Source: Pristiophorus japonicus
Lineage: Eukaryota
DNA: 64,000 bases
Direction: 5' to 3'
NCBI RefSeq assembly: GCF_044704955.1
Contig: NC_091984.1
Location: 179,118,001 to 179,182,000 of the forward strand
In this document: positions 25,495 through 37,859 of the stretch, in pieces
How positions within the stretch are numbered: position 1 is the first letter of the stretch
How the letters are laid out: every line of letters starts with the position of its first letter
Translations under genes and position numbers: made by a program
The notes under the pieces: model-generated
Database searches by the model: none
Seen by the model: the letters and a program-made list of their open reading frames with translations, nothing else
What the model was told of the DNA's origin: nothing

Positions 25495-26728
25495 AACATT
25501 TCCCTGTGGTAGTTTACCCACTGTTAGCCAATGGAAAATGCATTTGCGCCCACACGTGGTCTGGACAGTAAGGGCAGTGTTTAATACAATAGGTTAACAG
25601 CTTGGCATGGTTAAAGGGTATTATGTTATGGTTAATATAGATGCTACAGTAAAGGGGCAAGTGTAGATATCCAAGGATTACACTAGGCATGATGTGACAG
25701 AAAGCTTAGAGCCTCTAATGTGAAATAATGAAAAATAACTGAATATTGATGTTGGTACCAATAACTTTCTATAGTGGATTCATTCTGTCTGATGCAGTCT
25801 AACACCTGTTTGGATTCTGCAGGCCAAAACTAAGCATTAGAAAGTGTCAGTTGAAGACACTTTGGGAAGACACAAAGGGTTTATTTAAATAATTATGGCT
25901 AATTTGGAGACAAATGTGTTGTTTAAGTTGTTATTATTTTGCTGAGAATATGATATAGTTAACCGCAGCATGTTCTTATATTTACTTATAAGAAATGGAG
26001 GACTTAAAATTCGGGGGCTTTGCACCACCCGTTCCTATCACAATATCATGAAAAGAGGGTGGCTGCCGCTCTCTCACCAGCTGGTGGCGGGTCCTGCCAA
26101 GTCCTCCATTTTCCTCGGCCCAGCAGCGATGCTAGTAAGATATATCACGCTGCAAAATAACACGAGGGAGTGGTGACGTCAGTCGGCATGCATCGCCGAC
26201 TTAAAGGCACCACGGGCAAACTTGGACCTTTGTGCTGAGTTCATCGCTAGGTTCTGAGCTCGCCAGGTAAATCCAGCGTGCAAGCAGACTCACAGAGGCG
26301 CTGTCAGCACCTCTTAAAGGGACACACACATTGCTCACGTAAGTTTGTATTTAAGCTTTCGGATTGTTTTTTTTTAGATTTTACTGCAGTAGTGGCCTGC
26401 TGGAATAAATGTTATTTTTTTAAGTGTGTAGGGATTACTGCTGGTCCCTTGCAAGGCCTCAGATGGTATAGGAAGGCCTCTGAGAAGACAGAAAAAGCTG
26501 CAAATACTCAGCAGGGTAGGCGACATTCGTGGAGAAAGAAACAGATTTCACATCTAAGGTCAAGAAGCTGCCTGACCTGTTGAGTATTTCCAGAATTTTA
26601 TGCTGTAATTTCTGATTTGCAGCATCTGCTTGCAGAGGGACGAGGAAGACGCAGAAGAGGAAGAAGCAAAAGAGGAAGAAACTGAAGAGGCGGAAAAAGA
26701 ACAGGATAAGGCAGAAGAGGATAAGCAA

Positions 26729-27360
26729 AACATAAGAACATAAGAAATAGGAGCAGGAGTAGACTATTTGGCCCCAGGAGCCTGCTCCGGCATTCAATAA
26801 GATGTAGGCTGATCTGAACCTGGTCTCAACACCACTTCCCTGCCCGTTCTCCACAACCGTTGACTCCCTTATCATTGAAAAATCTGTCTATCACTACCTT
26901 AAATATATTCAAAGACCCAGCCTCCACAGCTCTCTGGGTTAGAAAATTCCAAAGATTCACAACCCTCTGAGAGAAGAGAAATTCCTCCTCATTTCTGTTT
27001 TAAATGGACGACCCCTTATTCTGAAACTGTGTCCCCTCGTTCTAGATTCCCCCATGAGGGGAAACATCCTCTCTGTATCTACTCTGTCAAGCCCCCTTAG
27101 AATTTTATATGTTTCAATAAGATCACCTCTCATTCTTCTAAACTCCAATGAGTATAGGCCCTACCTGCTCAATCTTTCTTCATATGGCAACCCCTTCATC
27201 TCAGGAATCAACCTCGTGAACCTTCTCTGAACAGCCTCCAATGCAAGTATACCCTTCCTTAAATAAGGAGACCATTACTGTATGCAGAATTCCAGGTGTG
27301 GTCTTACCAACGCTCTGTATAGTTGGAGCAGGACTTCCCTACTTTTATACTCCACCCCCC
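26729..27360 (-). mobile_element. CR1 3' part, split from its continuation at ~34700-35228
   Basis: Stops at ttttatactccaccccc and resumes at cccatgcaataaaggccaac (~34701), which are contiguous in other CR1 copies in this window. Confidence 0.85.
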
Positions 27361-30300
27361 ATAGTTTTTAACGACTTAGCAGCTTTTTGCCACTTTGCTA
27401 ATTATAGCAATTCAACTATTCTCAGGGTTTATATTTGATTCAAACTAGGAGACACTTATTCAGCTTATAACAAATGCTTTTAGTACAGGTATATTGAGTA
27501 AAATCAACAGAGATTTATCAAGTAAATTATGTTCTGTTACAAAAAGTAATACTTAACAAATGATAGTCGCAGCCGGATTCTCGATAGTGTCCTCTTGAGC
27601 GACTGCAGTGCTGACTCCTTAGCCGCTTTTCCTTCTGAAGATTCTTTCTTCTTGTTGTTTTGATTCGCACTGCCTTCTGAGCAGAAGAGTTGCTTTCTTT
27701 ATAGCATTTTTGTGCCAAAGTACAAGCTAGCAAAATGAGTCCTGGTATATCATATTTTCAATTTCCGAGCTTTGAAACCTTGAAAAGGATACCTGTTTTG
27801 GATCAATAATAATAGACCCAGGTTCGGGATCTGGATGAATGTTAAATAAGAAACAAGACAAATGAAGTAAAGAACAAAATACCGTTTACTGAGAGAAAAG
27901 AAACATTAATAATACAGTTTACGAAGAAAAGAGAAGTATGATAAGATACAACAACGCTCATGGCCTTCCGCCCATCGGGAACTCCACAAGCGATGGCTGG
28001 TCTGGAGCATTGGAGGTCCCGGCACCGCTCGCGAATCACGGTCCAAGGTGAAGTTCAAAGAGCTACGGAACAGTGCTGTACCTTTATACTATCAAATAAA
28101 CATACTATTGAACAAAACATGGGTGCATGTGGCTTATGTCCAACTCCTAATCTGTAAGGCCCCAGGTGCTTGTCCACAAAGCATGAGATCTTGAGCCATC
28201 TCATAATCGTCTGGTGTGCGTCTCAAGATCACATTCTTTCTCTATCCATGAAGCATGGAGCAGAGACACACTGTGAATGACTAAATATCATAATTAACCC
28301 TATGTGATTAACCCCATACAATACAATCCACCCTTGATATTTAGACATTCTAAGTAATATAATCAAGTTGAAGGCATAATGCACCAGTTACACGTTGAGG
28401 ATGCGCAAGCAAAGCCTGCAATCTACACCTAAGAATACATACAAGCAGTAATATCAGTAATAACGCGACGAGTAAAACAATGATCAGTGTTAGCTTTTAG
28501 AAATTGAGCTAAATGAGTTAGGTCTGCAGTCGAAGGAAGGTTAGTAATTGTCTTGTGTACGATCAGTGTTAGCTAACCACCATCCTATACAGCCATCCCA
28601 TGCTGTGTTTGAGGATGGAAGTAGCACAGTCACAGATAATGAGACACAGAGACTGGCCAGCACAAGTTGGTGAGTTGCCATTTTGGGCAGAATTCCTGTG
28701 GGAGGAAGCATAGGTATGTTAATTCAGCCCCGTTGAGTCAATTTACCCTTGTCAACACAGAGAGGAATATCTTGACCAGTCAGGAGCACCCAATAAGTGT
28801 TTCCTTCTCCTTTCGCTAAGATTTCCCCTGCTTGTAAGGGTTTCTGGGGGTACTGCACCCACACTTTTCCTCCTTCACAAACTGTGTCCTGAGTCTGATT
28901 TTCTTTTTCAATAGTAGGGACACTAACTTTGCCTAACATGTGGCTTATGGGAGTTCCCCCCGTAATGGTCGGTGATTCAGATTGCGCACTGCTTGTGGTA
29001 AGACCTTTAACCACCCTTGCAATGTGTTAATGGGAGTTAATATTTTAATCTGTTGCTTAAGTAGTCCATTCATGCATTCTATTAACCCTACAGCTTGCGG
29101 ATAGTAAGGTATGTGGAACATCCAATAGATCCCGTTGTCTACCGCCTACTGTTGCACTGTTTGACCTGTGAAGTGCGACCCATTATCGGACTGTACTTCT
29201 GCTGGCTCACTGTAGTATGTGATTAAACTCTCCAGTCCTTTAATTGTACTTTGTTGATTCGCTTTAGTCACTGGATAAGCTACCAAAAGTCCAGAATAGG
29301 TATCAATAGCAGTGAGCAAATATTGGAACCATTGTTGCAATGGTAAAGGTCCTACATAATCAATTTGCCATATTTGTGCTGGTTGAGTCTCTCTCTTAAT
29401 ATGGGTACCGGGTTGTCGTTGTAGGGGAAAATGCTTCACCTTTTGACAAATTTCACAGGTGTTTATGACCTGTTTAACACTGTCTGTAGTCAAATATAAC
29501 CCCCTATTTCGTGCCCATTGTATCGTACCCTGAATGCCCAAATGTCCAGATTTGTGGTGGGCCCACTTGCCGATGCCATATTCTTCCTCTTCCGCCTCTT
29601 TGACAGCCCGTACCCGGTCTATATTATCAACAGTGTTATTATATTCAGAGGTCTTTGAAGTGTTTTTCATGTGAGCGTCCACATGATATACAGTTATTTT
29701 CATCTTCTGGGCTTTGGACCATATTTGTTCCCATAGGTGCTTTCCCCAGAAGTCTTTCCCAGTTATTTGCCAGTTATGTTCATACCAGTTTCGCATCCAG
29801 CTCGCCATGCCATTGAGTCAGTATATATGTGTACTGCCCATGAGTCAGTATATATGTGTATTTGTTGCTGTTCCTCTTCTAACGCAAGGACTACAGCTGC
29901 TAGTTCTGCTAGCTGGCTGGAGCCTCCCATGCCCTCATCATGCACAATTGTCTGGGTTTTTGGATTGAAGGCAGTGGCTCGCCATCGCCGAAGGCCGTTT
30001 CACCAGACCACTGAGCCATCTGTGAACCAGGCTTGGCTACACTCTTCAGGTGATAACTGTTCAAAAAACACGTCCCCAGGAGATCGGTGACTCCTGGGTT
30101 AAACTGACAGACAACTGTGCAAGTTCACTCTCAGCTGTTTGTGGGTATTCAGCTGCCTGCTCATGTAGTCGGGTGATTCCTCCTTTTCCTTTACTTGCTC
30201 TGTCTGCGATATTCCATCTCCAGCGCACTATAGAGCTTTGCTGCACTCGCCCGACCTTGTATGTCTCATTGGCCAGGTCGATTACCGCATACCACTCTGC

Positions 30301-30747
30301 ACCTTCTTCAGACAGCCGCTCTGTTATAGTTACTACATCTGGGACAGCAGTTGCCAGGGGAGGGGCAAATTTGTTCAGTTGTCGGTAGTCCACAGTCATC
30401 CTCCAACTTTTGCCCAATTTCTGCACAGGCCAAACAGGACTATTGTAAGGGGACACTGCATGTCTAATGATACCCGCCCCCAAGAGCACTTGTATGGTTT
30501 CCCCTGTAAGGTTCACACTTTCTGAAGACTTCCCACATACAGGACAACACTACGAAGGGTTAAAAAACCCTTCACTCTGTATGAAAAAGTGAGTGGAACT
30601 AAAGCAAACAGGCAGCTCCACTATTTTTCCAAACAGGCTATCAGTCACATGAAAAATTCATTCCGCAGTCAAAAAAATCACAAAAGCGCTTTCAGTCACA
30701 GACAGACATTCACAAAGTCTTTCTTCATTCAACCAAGCTTATTATGG

Positions 30748-31938
30748 TTACTCCCCTACCAGGTAAGTAATCGGAATGTGTAGCCTCAGATCCCCGGGAG
30801 CTTGGGTTGATGTGGTTCTAATGGGGGTTGCTCCCGGATCCCGGCCACACCCCAAGTCGAGGGGATCTTCTACATCCTCTAACTGTCCTAATGATAGGCA
30901 GGCGTACCCCACCCGCTGACCTTGGGCTGGTCCCAATAATGCGAGTAGCGCACCCCTCATCATAGGAGGGTCACTCTTAATCAGGCTGCTCCGCATTCCT
31001 GCCGTAAAGAGCTCCTGATCTGGCCCCTCAGATTGTTGGTGATATATTCCTCCCTGTGTTGCCATGTTGCGCAACTGTATTGCACCCTCCACCATAGTAT
31101 TCCAAGGTTTTACCTCCCCTTCCCAATCAATGGCAGAGGGATATTTTTGCCGGACCCCTATAGTAACCATTTCTTGTAACTCAGTAATGGTGAAGTCACG
31201 CACCCCTCTAGTGGTTACCGGCTGTTCCCCATCTTGTTGTTTCGTCTTATTTGTCATAAGGGGTCTAGCTTCCGTGCTCAGAGCATATGGGGGAGGGTCT
31301 TTAGTTTCTTCCCGTTCCCCCCACCGCTCTCCATTTTTTCCAGCTTGTATACATTCCCCACATGATTTTGCATTGGCTTTTAAACACTCACTGGGATCGG
31401 ATTGAGCAAGCCCATACCACATGCAGCAGCAAATACAAAAGATATATTTCAAATCCAGCTGTAATTTCCGACGTCTAGCTTCCTTTTTATTTTGTACTGT
31501 CGGCAGACAGCATATTAAAGTTTCTGATTGTTCATTGACCTTGTCAGCCCGTTCTTGTGCAGTGCGGACCGCTTCAGTCAGGGTTGAGTTTTGACTTTCT
31601 AAAACCTTAGCAGCTGTTTTTAATTGTAGGTTTTCTGCCTCACTTTCCTTCAGTTGTTTACACATCGCCCTTAAGGCTATCAACAAAACCATTCCCATTT
31701 GTGGGGGACTATTTTTCTCCTGTGGGAAGCCCGCATCCTCCAGGAGAGACAGTACCGCGTGGGGTACGGCTCTATCTTTGTTCTGTTCCAATAACGACGT
31801 ATCCCCATGTTGTGGGGGTCCAAACCAGGCTAGCACATTGGCAAGAGAGCCAAAATCCTCATCCCTCATGCCCCACCCTGATATTCTATATTTCTCTCCC
31901 GCAGGAGGAGACTGCTTCTTGTTTTCTCTCTTAGACAT
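30748..31938 (-). CDS. gag: ERV gag ORF (ERV-L/Fv1-like capsid region), open for ~397 codons
   Basis: Motifs RDFTITEL and WNTMVEGAIQLRNMATQGGIY...GPDQELFT resemble ERV-L-group Gag. Confidence 0.7.
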   Translation of the reverse strand: MSKRENKKQSPPAGEKYRISGWGMRDEDFGSLANVLAWFGPPQHGDTSLLEQNKDRAVPHAVLSLLEDAGFPQEKNSPPQMGMVLLIALRAMCKQLKESEAENLQLKTAAKVLESQNSTLTEAVRTAQERADKVNEQSETLICCLPTVQNKKEARRRKLQLDLKYIFCICCCMWYGLAQSDPSECLKANAKSCGECIQAGKNGERWGEREETKDPPPYALSTEARPLMTNKTKQQDGEQPVTTRGVRDFTITELQEMVTIGVRQKYPSAIDWEGEVKPWNTMVEGAIQLRNMATQGGIYHQQSEGPDQELFTAGMRSSLIKSDPPMMRGALLALLGPAQGQRVGYACLSLGQLEDVEDPLDLGCGRDPGATPIRTTSTQAPGDLRLHIPITYLVGE

Positions 31939-31946
31939 TTTACCAG

Positions 31947-31964
31947 ATCCTGTTCGTGACGCCA
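31947..31964 (-). promoter_or_regulatory. Primer-binding site complementary to tRNA-Ser(CGA)
   Basis: TGGCGTCACGAACAGGAT lies 3 nt inside the 5' LTR. Its complement ATCCTGTTCGTGACG+CCA matches my recollection of the 3' end of vertebrate tRNA-Ser-CGA. Confidence 0.8.
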
Positions 31965-33738
31965 AAATGTTTTGGATCAATAATAATACACCCAGATTTG
32001 GGATCTGGATGAATGTTAAATAAGAGACAAGACAAATGAAGTAAAGACTAAAACACCATTTACTGAGAGAAAAGAAACATTAATAATACAGTTTATGAAG
32101 AAAAGAGAAGTATGATAGGCTCACGGCCTTCCACCCGTCGGAACTCCACAAGCGATGGCTGGTCTGGAACATTGTGGGTCCGGCACCGCTCGCGAATCAC
32201 GGTACAAGGTGAAGTTCAAAGAGCTATGGGACAGTGCTGTACCTTTATACTATCAAATAAACATACTATTGAACAAAACATGGGTGCATGTGGCTTATGG
32301 CCAACTCCTAATCTGTAAGGTCCCAGGTGCTTGTCCACAAAGCATGAGATCTCAAGCCGTCTCATAACCATCTGGTGTGCGTCTCAAGGTCGCTTTCTCT
32401 CTCTATCCATGAAGCATGGAGCAGAGACACACTGTGAATGACTAAATATCATAATTAACCCTATGTGATTAACCCCATACAATACAGTACCTTCCATCTC
32501 CTAGGCAGTCCCGTTAATCTCCATACCTCCCACCAGCCTAAACAGTCTCAAGATATACTGCCTTTCTATTGATAAGCAGAACCTGATGTTCTTTGTTATT
32601 CTGTACTAAGTTCAACACATTCCTTTGATTACTTAGGATGGTTCATTTATCATCAAGCTTTGCTTTTCAGCCTTTCACCAGTTTAAAACCCATTTTATGT
32701 TATACGGTCATTTTCTATCATTTGTAAGTGAGTTTTACATGTAATCAATGCATATAAAGGAAGTTACAAACATAAAGGTTATTCATTAATTAAAGACATG
32801 TAAAATAAGCTTCCAAATTCTAATTCTAAGCTGGAGGATCTTCCGACTACTCACAACATCATAATACTGATAAGCCCTTTTAATCTGGACCATTTTACGT
32901 GTCAGATCAATTCATTATCTTCAGTACCCAATCTGGTGACTATCTGTCTGCATTTTCCCATAAAGTCTTGAATATCTAAAGTTATCATTTTTACTCTTGT
33001 CTAATAAACTTTGCGCAGTTATAAATTAAGTTGTGCTTGTGTATAAGATTCAAACCTAATATTACGGAATTCCCCTCTATCATTATAACATCCTTCTACG
33101 GCATCCTCAAATTTCACCATTTGTACACCTATCCCACTTCCGTCAGGTTTGGAGTAGGTTTATTCTCCCCAAGCCTTAAAGGTGTGCATGACAGGTCCAT
33201 TTTCCCCGTGGGTAGATTTAATATGTGTCCCAATGCATGAATGTTGCCCTTCATGTTTTTTCCACCATCTAAGCCAACACAATTTGATGTATGCTTTACT
33301 TAATGATGCTATCGGGCCTTGTTTTTTAAAGAAAATTCTCCCCACAATCCCCCACTCTTTTTCAGAAATCTCCATAACTTTGGGCCTTCCGTATCTCTTA
33401 ATGGACTTCTCATATATACTCCGTATCCTTCTTTTATTTCCCACTGATCTAGACCTTCTTTTATAGTCCAACAATCTGCCGTATATTCTGTTGGTACATT
33501 ATTATCCTTCTTTATCCACAGTGGGAAATGCCATCCATAGGGCTCATTATAAGCCTTTGTTTGTTTATGTCCACCAAGAACCTGTGGTTCTGTTCCAAAA
33601 AAGAGTTGAGTACACTTATTGTCTGAGACTGCTCTGCAGTCCTGCTCTTCATTCGTTATCTTTTCCACATATCCGAGTATCAATAGAAGCATATAGATCC
33701 ACATCATTCACCTGCGAGAAAACCAAACATAATATCTT

Positions 33739-34699
33739 TTAATTCTTAACAGGTTTCATCTGATTGATATGGAACCATTTCAGTTTTTGTTCTCCCTTTG
33801 GGCCATACAGAACATTCGATAGGTACATAGCGGGATTTAATTTATCAATTATTTGATGTGGACCCGTCCATTTTACATCAAAAGAATGTTTCTTTGGGGC
33901 GAAATTCTGTAACATCACATTGTCCCCAACATCATATTCGAATGGTCTTACCCTTTTGTCAAAGTTGTGTTTAATTTGGTTTCGTGACTTTCCAATGTTC
34001 TGTGCAACCAGTCTGTTTACTGTGTCCAAGTGGTCTATCAGTGTCTGCAACCATTTGTGGCTACAAGGCTGTAATTTGAGTGGTGTGTTATTCTCCACCG
34101 TTATGTGCCCTGGTATCTGCATTCGTCTCCCAGTCATAGCCTCGTATGGACTTACCCTCGCTGTCGCATGAGGGGTAGATCGTATTGCCATTAAATATAA
34201 AGGCATCATGTTAGCCCATTGAACGGGGTGTTCTGTACATAATTTACGTAACATTGTTTTCAATGACCGATTACTCCTTTCTACAATTCCCGATGATTGT
34301 GGATGATGTGCAATATGCAATTTGTGCCTTATTTGGAGCATGTCCTGCTCCGGTAAAATGTGGACTCTTATCCGTTTCTACCTGTATCGGTAGTCCCCAT
34401 CTGCAGAACACCTCACTCAAAAGCATTCGCGCGGCCGTACATCCCTTATTATTCTTAGTTGGAAAGGCTTCTAACCATTTTGTGAACTGATCAATTACTA
34501 CCAGAGTGTGTTCATAATTACCCTGGAATTTATTAAAAGGTCCAATAAAATCAATTTGTAGGTCTGTCTATGGACCTTCAGGACGGGGTTGGGATCTGAG
34601 TAGAGCTCGATTAGAGCAGGTAAAAGGGTTTGTCTGTAAACATGGTAAGCATCTATTAACATATTCTTCGACATCATTTTTCAATCCAGGCCACCAACA
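33739..34699 (-). mobile_element. Retroviral/Gypsy-type integrase fragment of a second LTR-type element (the element spans ~27361-34699 and hosts the ERV)
   Basis: WWPGLKNDVEEYVNRCLPC, LQIDFIGP, VVIDQFTKWLEAFP, HPQSSGIVERSNRSLK and the GPY/F-like KWTGPHQI...FHINQMK. Confidence 0.85.
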
Positions 34700-35228
34700 C
34701 CCCATGCAATAAAGGCCAACATTCAATTTGCCTTTTTGATTACTTGCTGTACCTGCATACTAACCTCTTGTGTTTCATGTACAAGAACCCCCAGATCCCT
34801 CTGTACTGCAGCATTTTGTAATCACGCCCCATTTAAATAATAATTTGCTTTTTTATTTTTCCTACCAAAATGGATAACCTCACATTTTCCCACATTATAG
34901 TCCATGTGCCAAATGTTTGCCCACTCACTGAGCCTATCTATATAACTTTGTAGATTCTTTGCATCCTCCTCACAACTTGCTTTTCACCCATCTTTGTATC
35001 ATCAACAAATTTGGCTACGTTACACTCGGTCCCTTTATCCAAGTCATTAATATCGATTGTAAATAGTTGAGACCCCAGCACCGATGCCTGTGGCACCACA
35101 CTAGTTACAGTTTGCCAACCTGAAAATGACCCATTTATCCCGACTCTCTGTTTTCTGTTCTTTAGCCAATCTTCTATCCAAGTTAATATGTTACTGCCAA
35201 CCCAATGAGCTCTAAGCTTTTATGTGAC
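34700..35228 (-). mobile_element. CR1 continuation (5' part of the split element)
   Basis: RT sequence contiguous with 26729-27360. Confidence 0.85.
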
Positions 35229-35229
35229 A

Positions 35230-37200
35230 CCTTATCGAATGTCTTCTGGAAGGAAAGATGCAGCCACTTTCTGGCCGTACTATCTGGGATAGAGTCACCG
35301 GCTGCAGTACCAGTGATCACAACCCCAATTCCCCTTTCAGCATTAGTACCACATTTTACCTTCCTTCCATTACTGACTATTAAAATGCCCTCTTGGCTAC
35401 GATGCTGATATAAAAGGCACCACAAACCAAACTCTCCAATCCAACTTTATATATCTATCCATCCAACACGACATCAAGAAATCAGCTCATCACCCTTAAG
35501 CATTCTCTTAGTGATTGTCTTTTGTGTGCCTTTGTCTCTCCTACTGATGGCATGCAGTGCTACCCCAATGGCTGCAGCATGGCTGGTGGAAAACTGCTAA
35601 CTTTCAGTGGGGACACTGCAACTGGCCTTGCTGGTCGATCTTGAGGAGCTGGTGGCTGGGAGTGTCTAACTGAGGGAAGGTTTTCTTCTTCTTCTTCTGC
35701 TTCACTCATCTCTCCCTCTTCTTGGCCAACAACTGGCTGGGCAGCTGCATTTCTTGGGTGTGTGAAATGAGGAAGGCACAAGGGTGGAGTTGTGGTGAGC
35801 GGAGCATGGGAAAACAAGAGGAGTATGCCAGAAGGAGGATAACATATGAGGATATCAGAATTTTGTATCCTTTCTGCCCTGGTACTGGCCAAGAGCTCAG
35901 CCATGCCCATGTCAAGCATTGCCAGCACCATTTCCTCCAAGAGGGTGAGGTGAGTGAGGAATGTGAGGTGTGCCTCGTGTTTGGTACAGATTTTTGTTCA
36001 GTGAGCGGTTGGGAGACATCGAGTCATGTATTGAGAATCATGTGATGCTGTTGGTGGAGTTGGTAGGAGATGTCTTTTGGAGGTGCATTCCGTGACCGTG
36101 ACCACTGCTATTACATCATGAAGCTTCTTTGGACACTGGGGCCAGGTTGTCGGGGTGAAACTGCTGGCAGTGATGGCCTCAGTGTTCTGGTACCACATCG
36201 CTTTTTCTGGAAGGCCTCCTGGCCCCAATGTGTAGAGGACCTCTCTTGCAGTGTTGTCCCCTCACCCAAAGCTGGAGTGCTGTGTGTGAGACCCTGGCTG
36301 CCCCTTCCCTAGTCCGCTGAGACATTTGTTTTAGTGATGAAGCACTTTTCCCAATTTTTCAGGTTCAGAAGGGAATTGAGCTTTAATTGTTGAAGTTTCC
36401 CATTTGGGAATTCTTTTTAATGTTTTTTTGAAAGGCAGAATGGGCTGAAAATGGCATTTTCCACTTCATTTTAATTTTAGTTCTGAAGTCATTGCCTATT
36501 TAATTACCCACAGTTCCTTGTGAACTCCACTACCATAGGCTTTTCGAAGCTACCAAGACGGGAACTTCGATGTTACAGAGTAACTTAGCGCTGGGCTAAA
36601 CACCACAGCACAATTTTTCCCTGGTAGCGCATTGGCCATCTACAGCGGCATTAACCCGAGTTGCCAGTGACAGTGGGAACTCTCGTGGCGGCCATGAAGT
36701 TTCTCCCCACCCCCAAAATGTTTTTCACATTCCTGTGTTTAGAGGTGGTGCAACATTGTCACCTACTGGTGCAGTAGCATATGACACACAGGGCTATGAT
36801 AGTAGTCTTCGAGCTGATAGGTTCAAAGCAAGTCACCTGCAGTTGCTTTAATATTGTTTATAAGCTGTATAAATATCAGTGAGCGTTAGAACGAATGGCC
36901 ATTGAAGATTCCAATCTATCTGGTGTATGCTCAAACCTGCCCTATGCTCCAAAGTAAGTTAGTGTTTACTTGACTTGTATTCTACTTGCAGGCATGGTTG
37001 GGGGATGGGCAGTGGACTGAGGTAGCTGCTTTGCCGCATGGATTTGTGTTTCAGGGGTAAGAAATGCACCCCCTATTAGGGCCAGAGGAAGCTTAAACAG
37101 TGGAAGGGGGGGGAGAAAGGGTGTCGGAAGGCAACAGATAGCAAGGGATAGGGTTGTTCAGCAGAGGAGCTCCCTAGGGAGCTGCCAGCCCAACGGCCAT
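35230..37200 (-). mobile_element. Degraded PIF/Harbinger-type element (Myb/SANT-like ORF remnant)
   Basis: KAMWYQNTEAITASSFTPTTWPQCPKKLHDVIAVV resembles the W..A..V.A....RTW.QC.KK..DL motif of Harbinger Myb/SANT proteins. Boundaries are uncertain. Confidence 0.5.
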
Positions 37201-37859
37201 CTTGAGTAGCCTTCACCTTCATCAGTGAGTGCTGGATTTCCACCCAAACTGATATTCAACTGACCAGACTTTCCTGCTGCCAAGACTTCGCTCCCCCACC
37301 AGTTGTGGCCGACTCAGCTACTCCTCGCAGACACGATCGACGTCCGGGGAGCTCCCAACCAACTCACAGTGGTTTACTCAACTGTTCCAAGTGACTCCCA
37401 ATGACCTCAGGCGACCTCAGCGCTGGTGAGCCTTCGACCAGGTTCAAAAACAGGTTTCGGCCTACCTCACGCGCAATCCTTCCCTGCGGGCCTCCCTTCC
37501 TCCAGCGATGTCCTGGCCTCTCTTCCTCCGGCGACGTTGAACCTTCGACCAACTCCAAGAAAAGGTTTGGGCCTACCTCACTCGCAAGCCTTCCCTCCAG
37601 TCCTCCCTTCCTCCGGCGACGTGCTGGCCTCCCCTCATCCATCGACAACGTCTTGGGCTCCCTCCTCCAGCACGCGGTGAGCACAATGGCTGTGACCACT
37701 CTGACCTCTCCTCCTTCCACTCTGAACACCCTGACCTCTCCTCCGTCCACTCTGAACACCCTGAACTCCACCCCACAAAATGGACCTTTGACCTCGGATC
37801 ACCTACAATCTCACCTAAGGGCGCTACTCAGCGCCGAGTTTATGGCCCACATCTCACTG

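Larger units (their letters stand above)
27794..32486 (-). mobile_element. Class III (ERV-L/ERV-S-like) endogenous retrovirus, internally deleted, two LTRs
   Basis: 5' LTR 31968-32486 and 3' LTR 27794-28325 (TG..CA). TSD ATACC/GTACC, PBS 31947-31964, PPT AAGGGTGGAT. Gag ORF; RT SPYNSPVWPV..WRMTVDYRQLN..IDLAN; RNase H WFTDGS/IYTDS; integrase WQIDYVGPLP. Confidence 0.92.
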
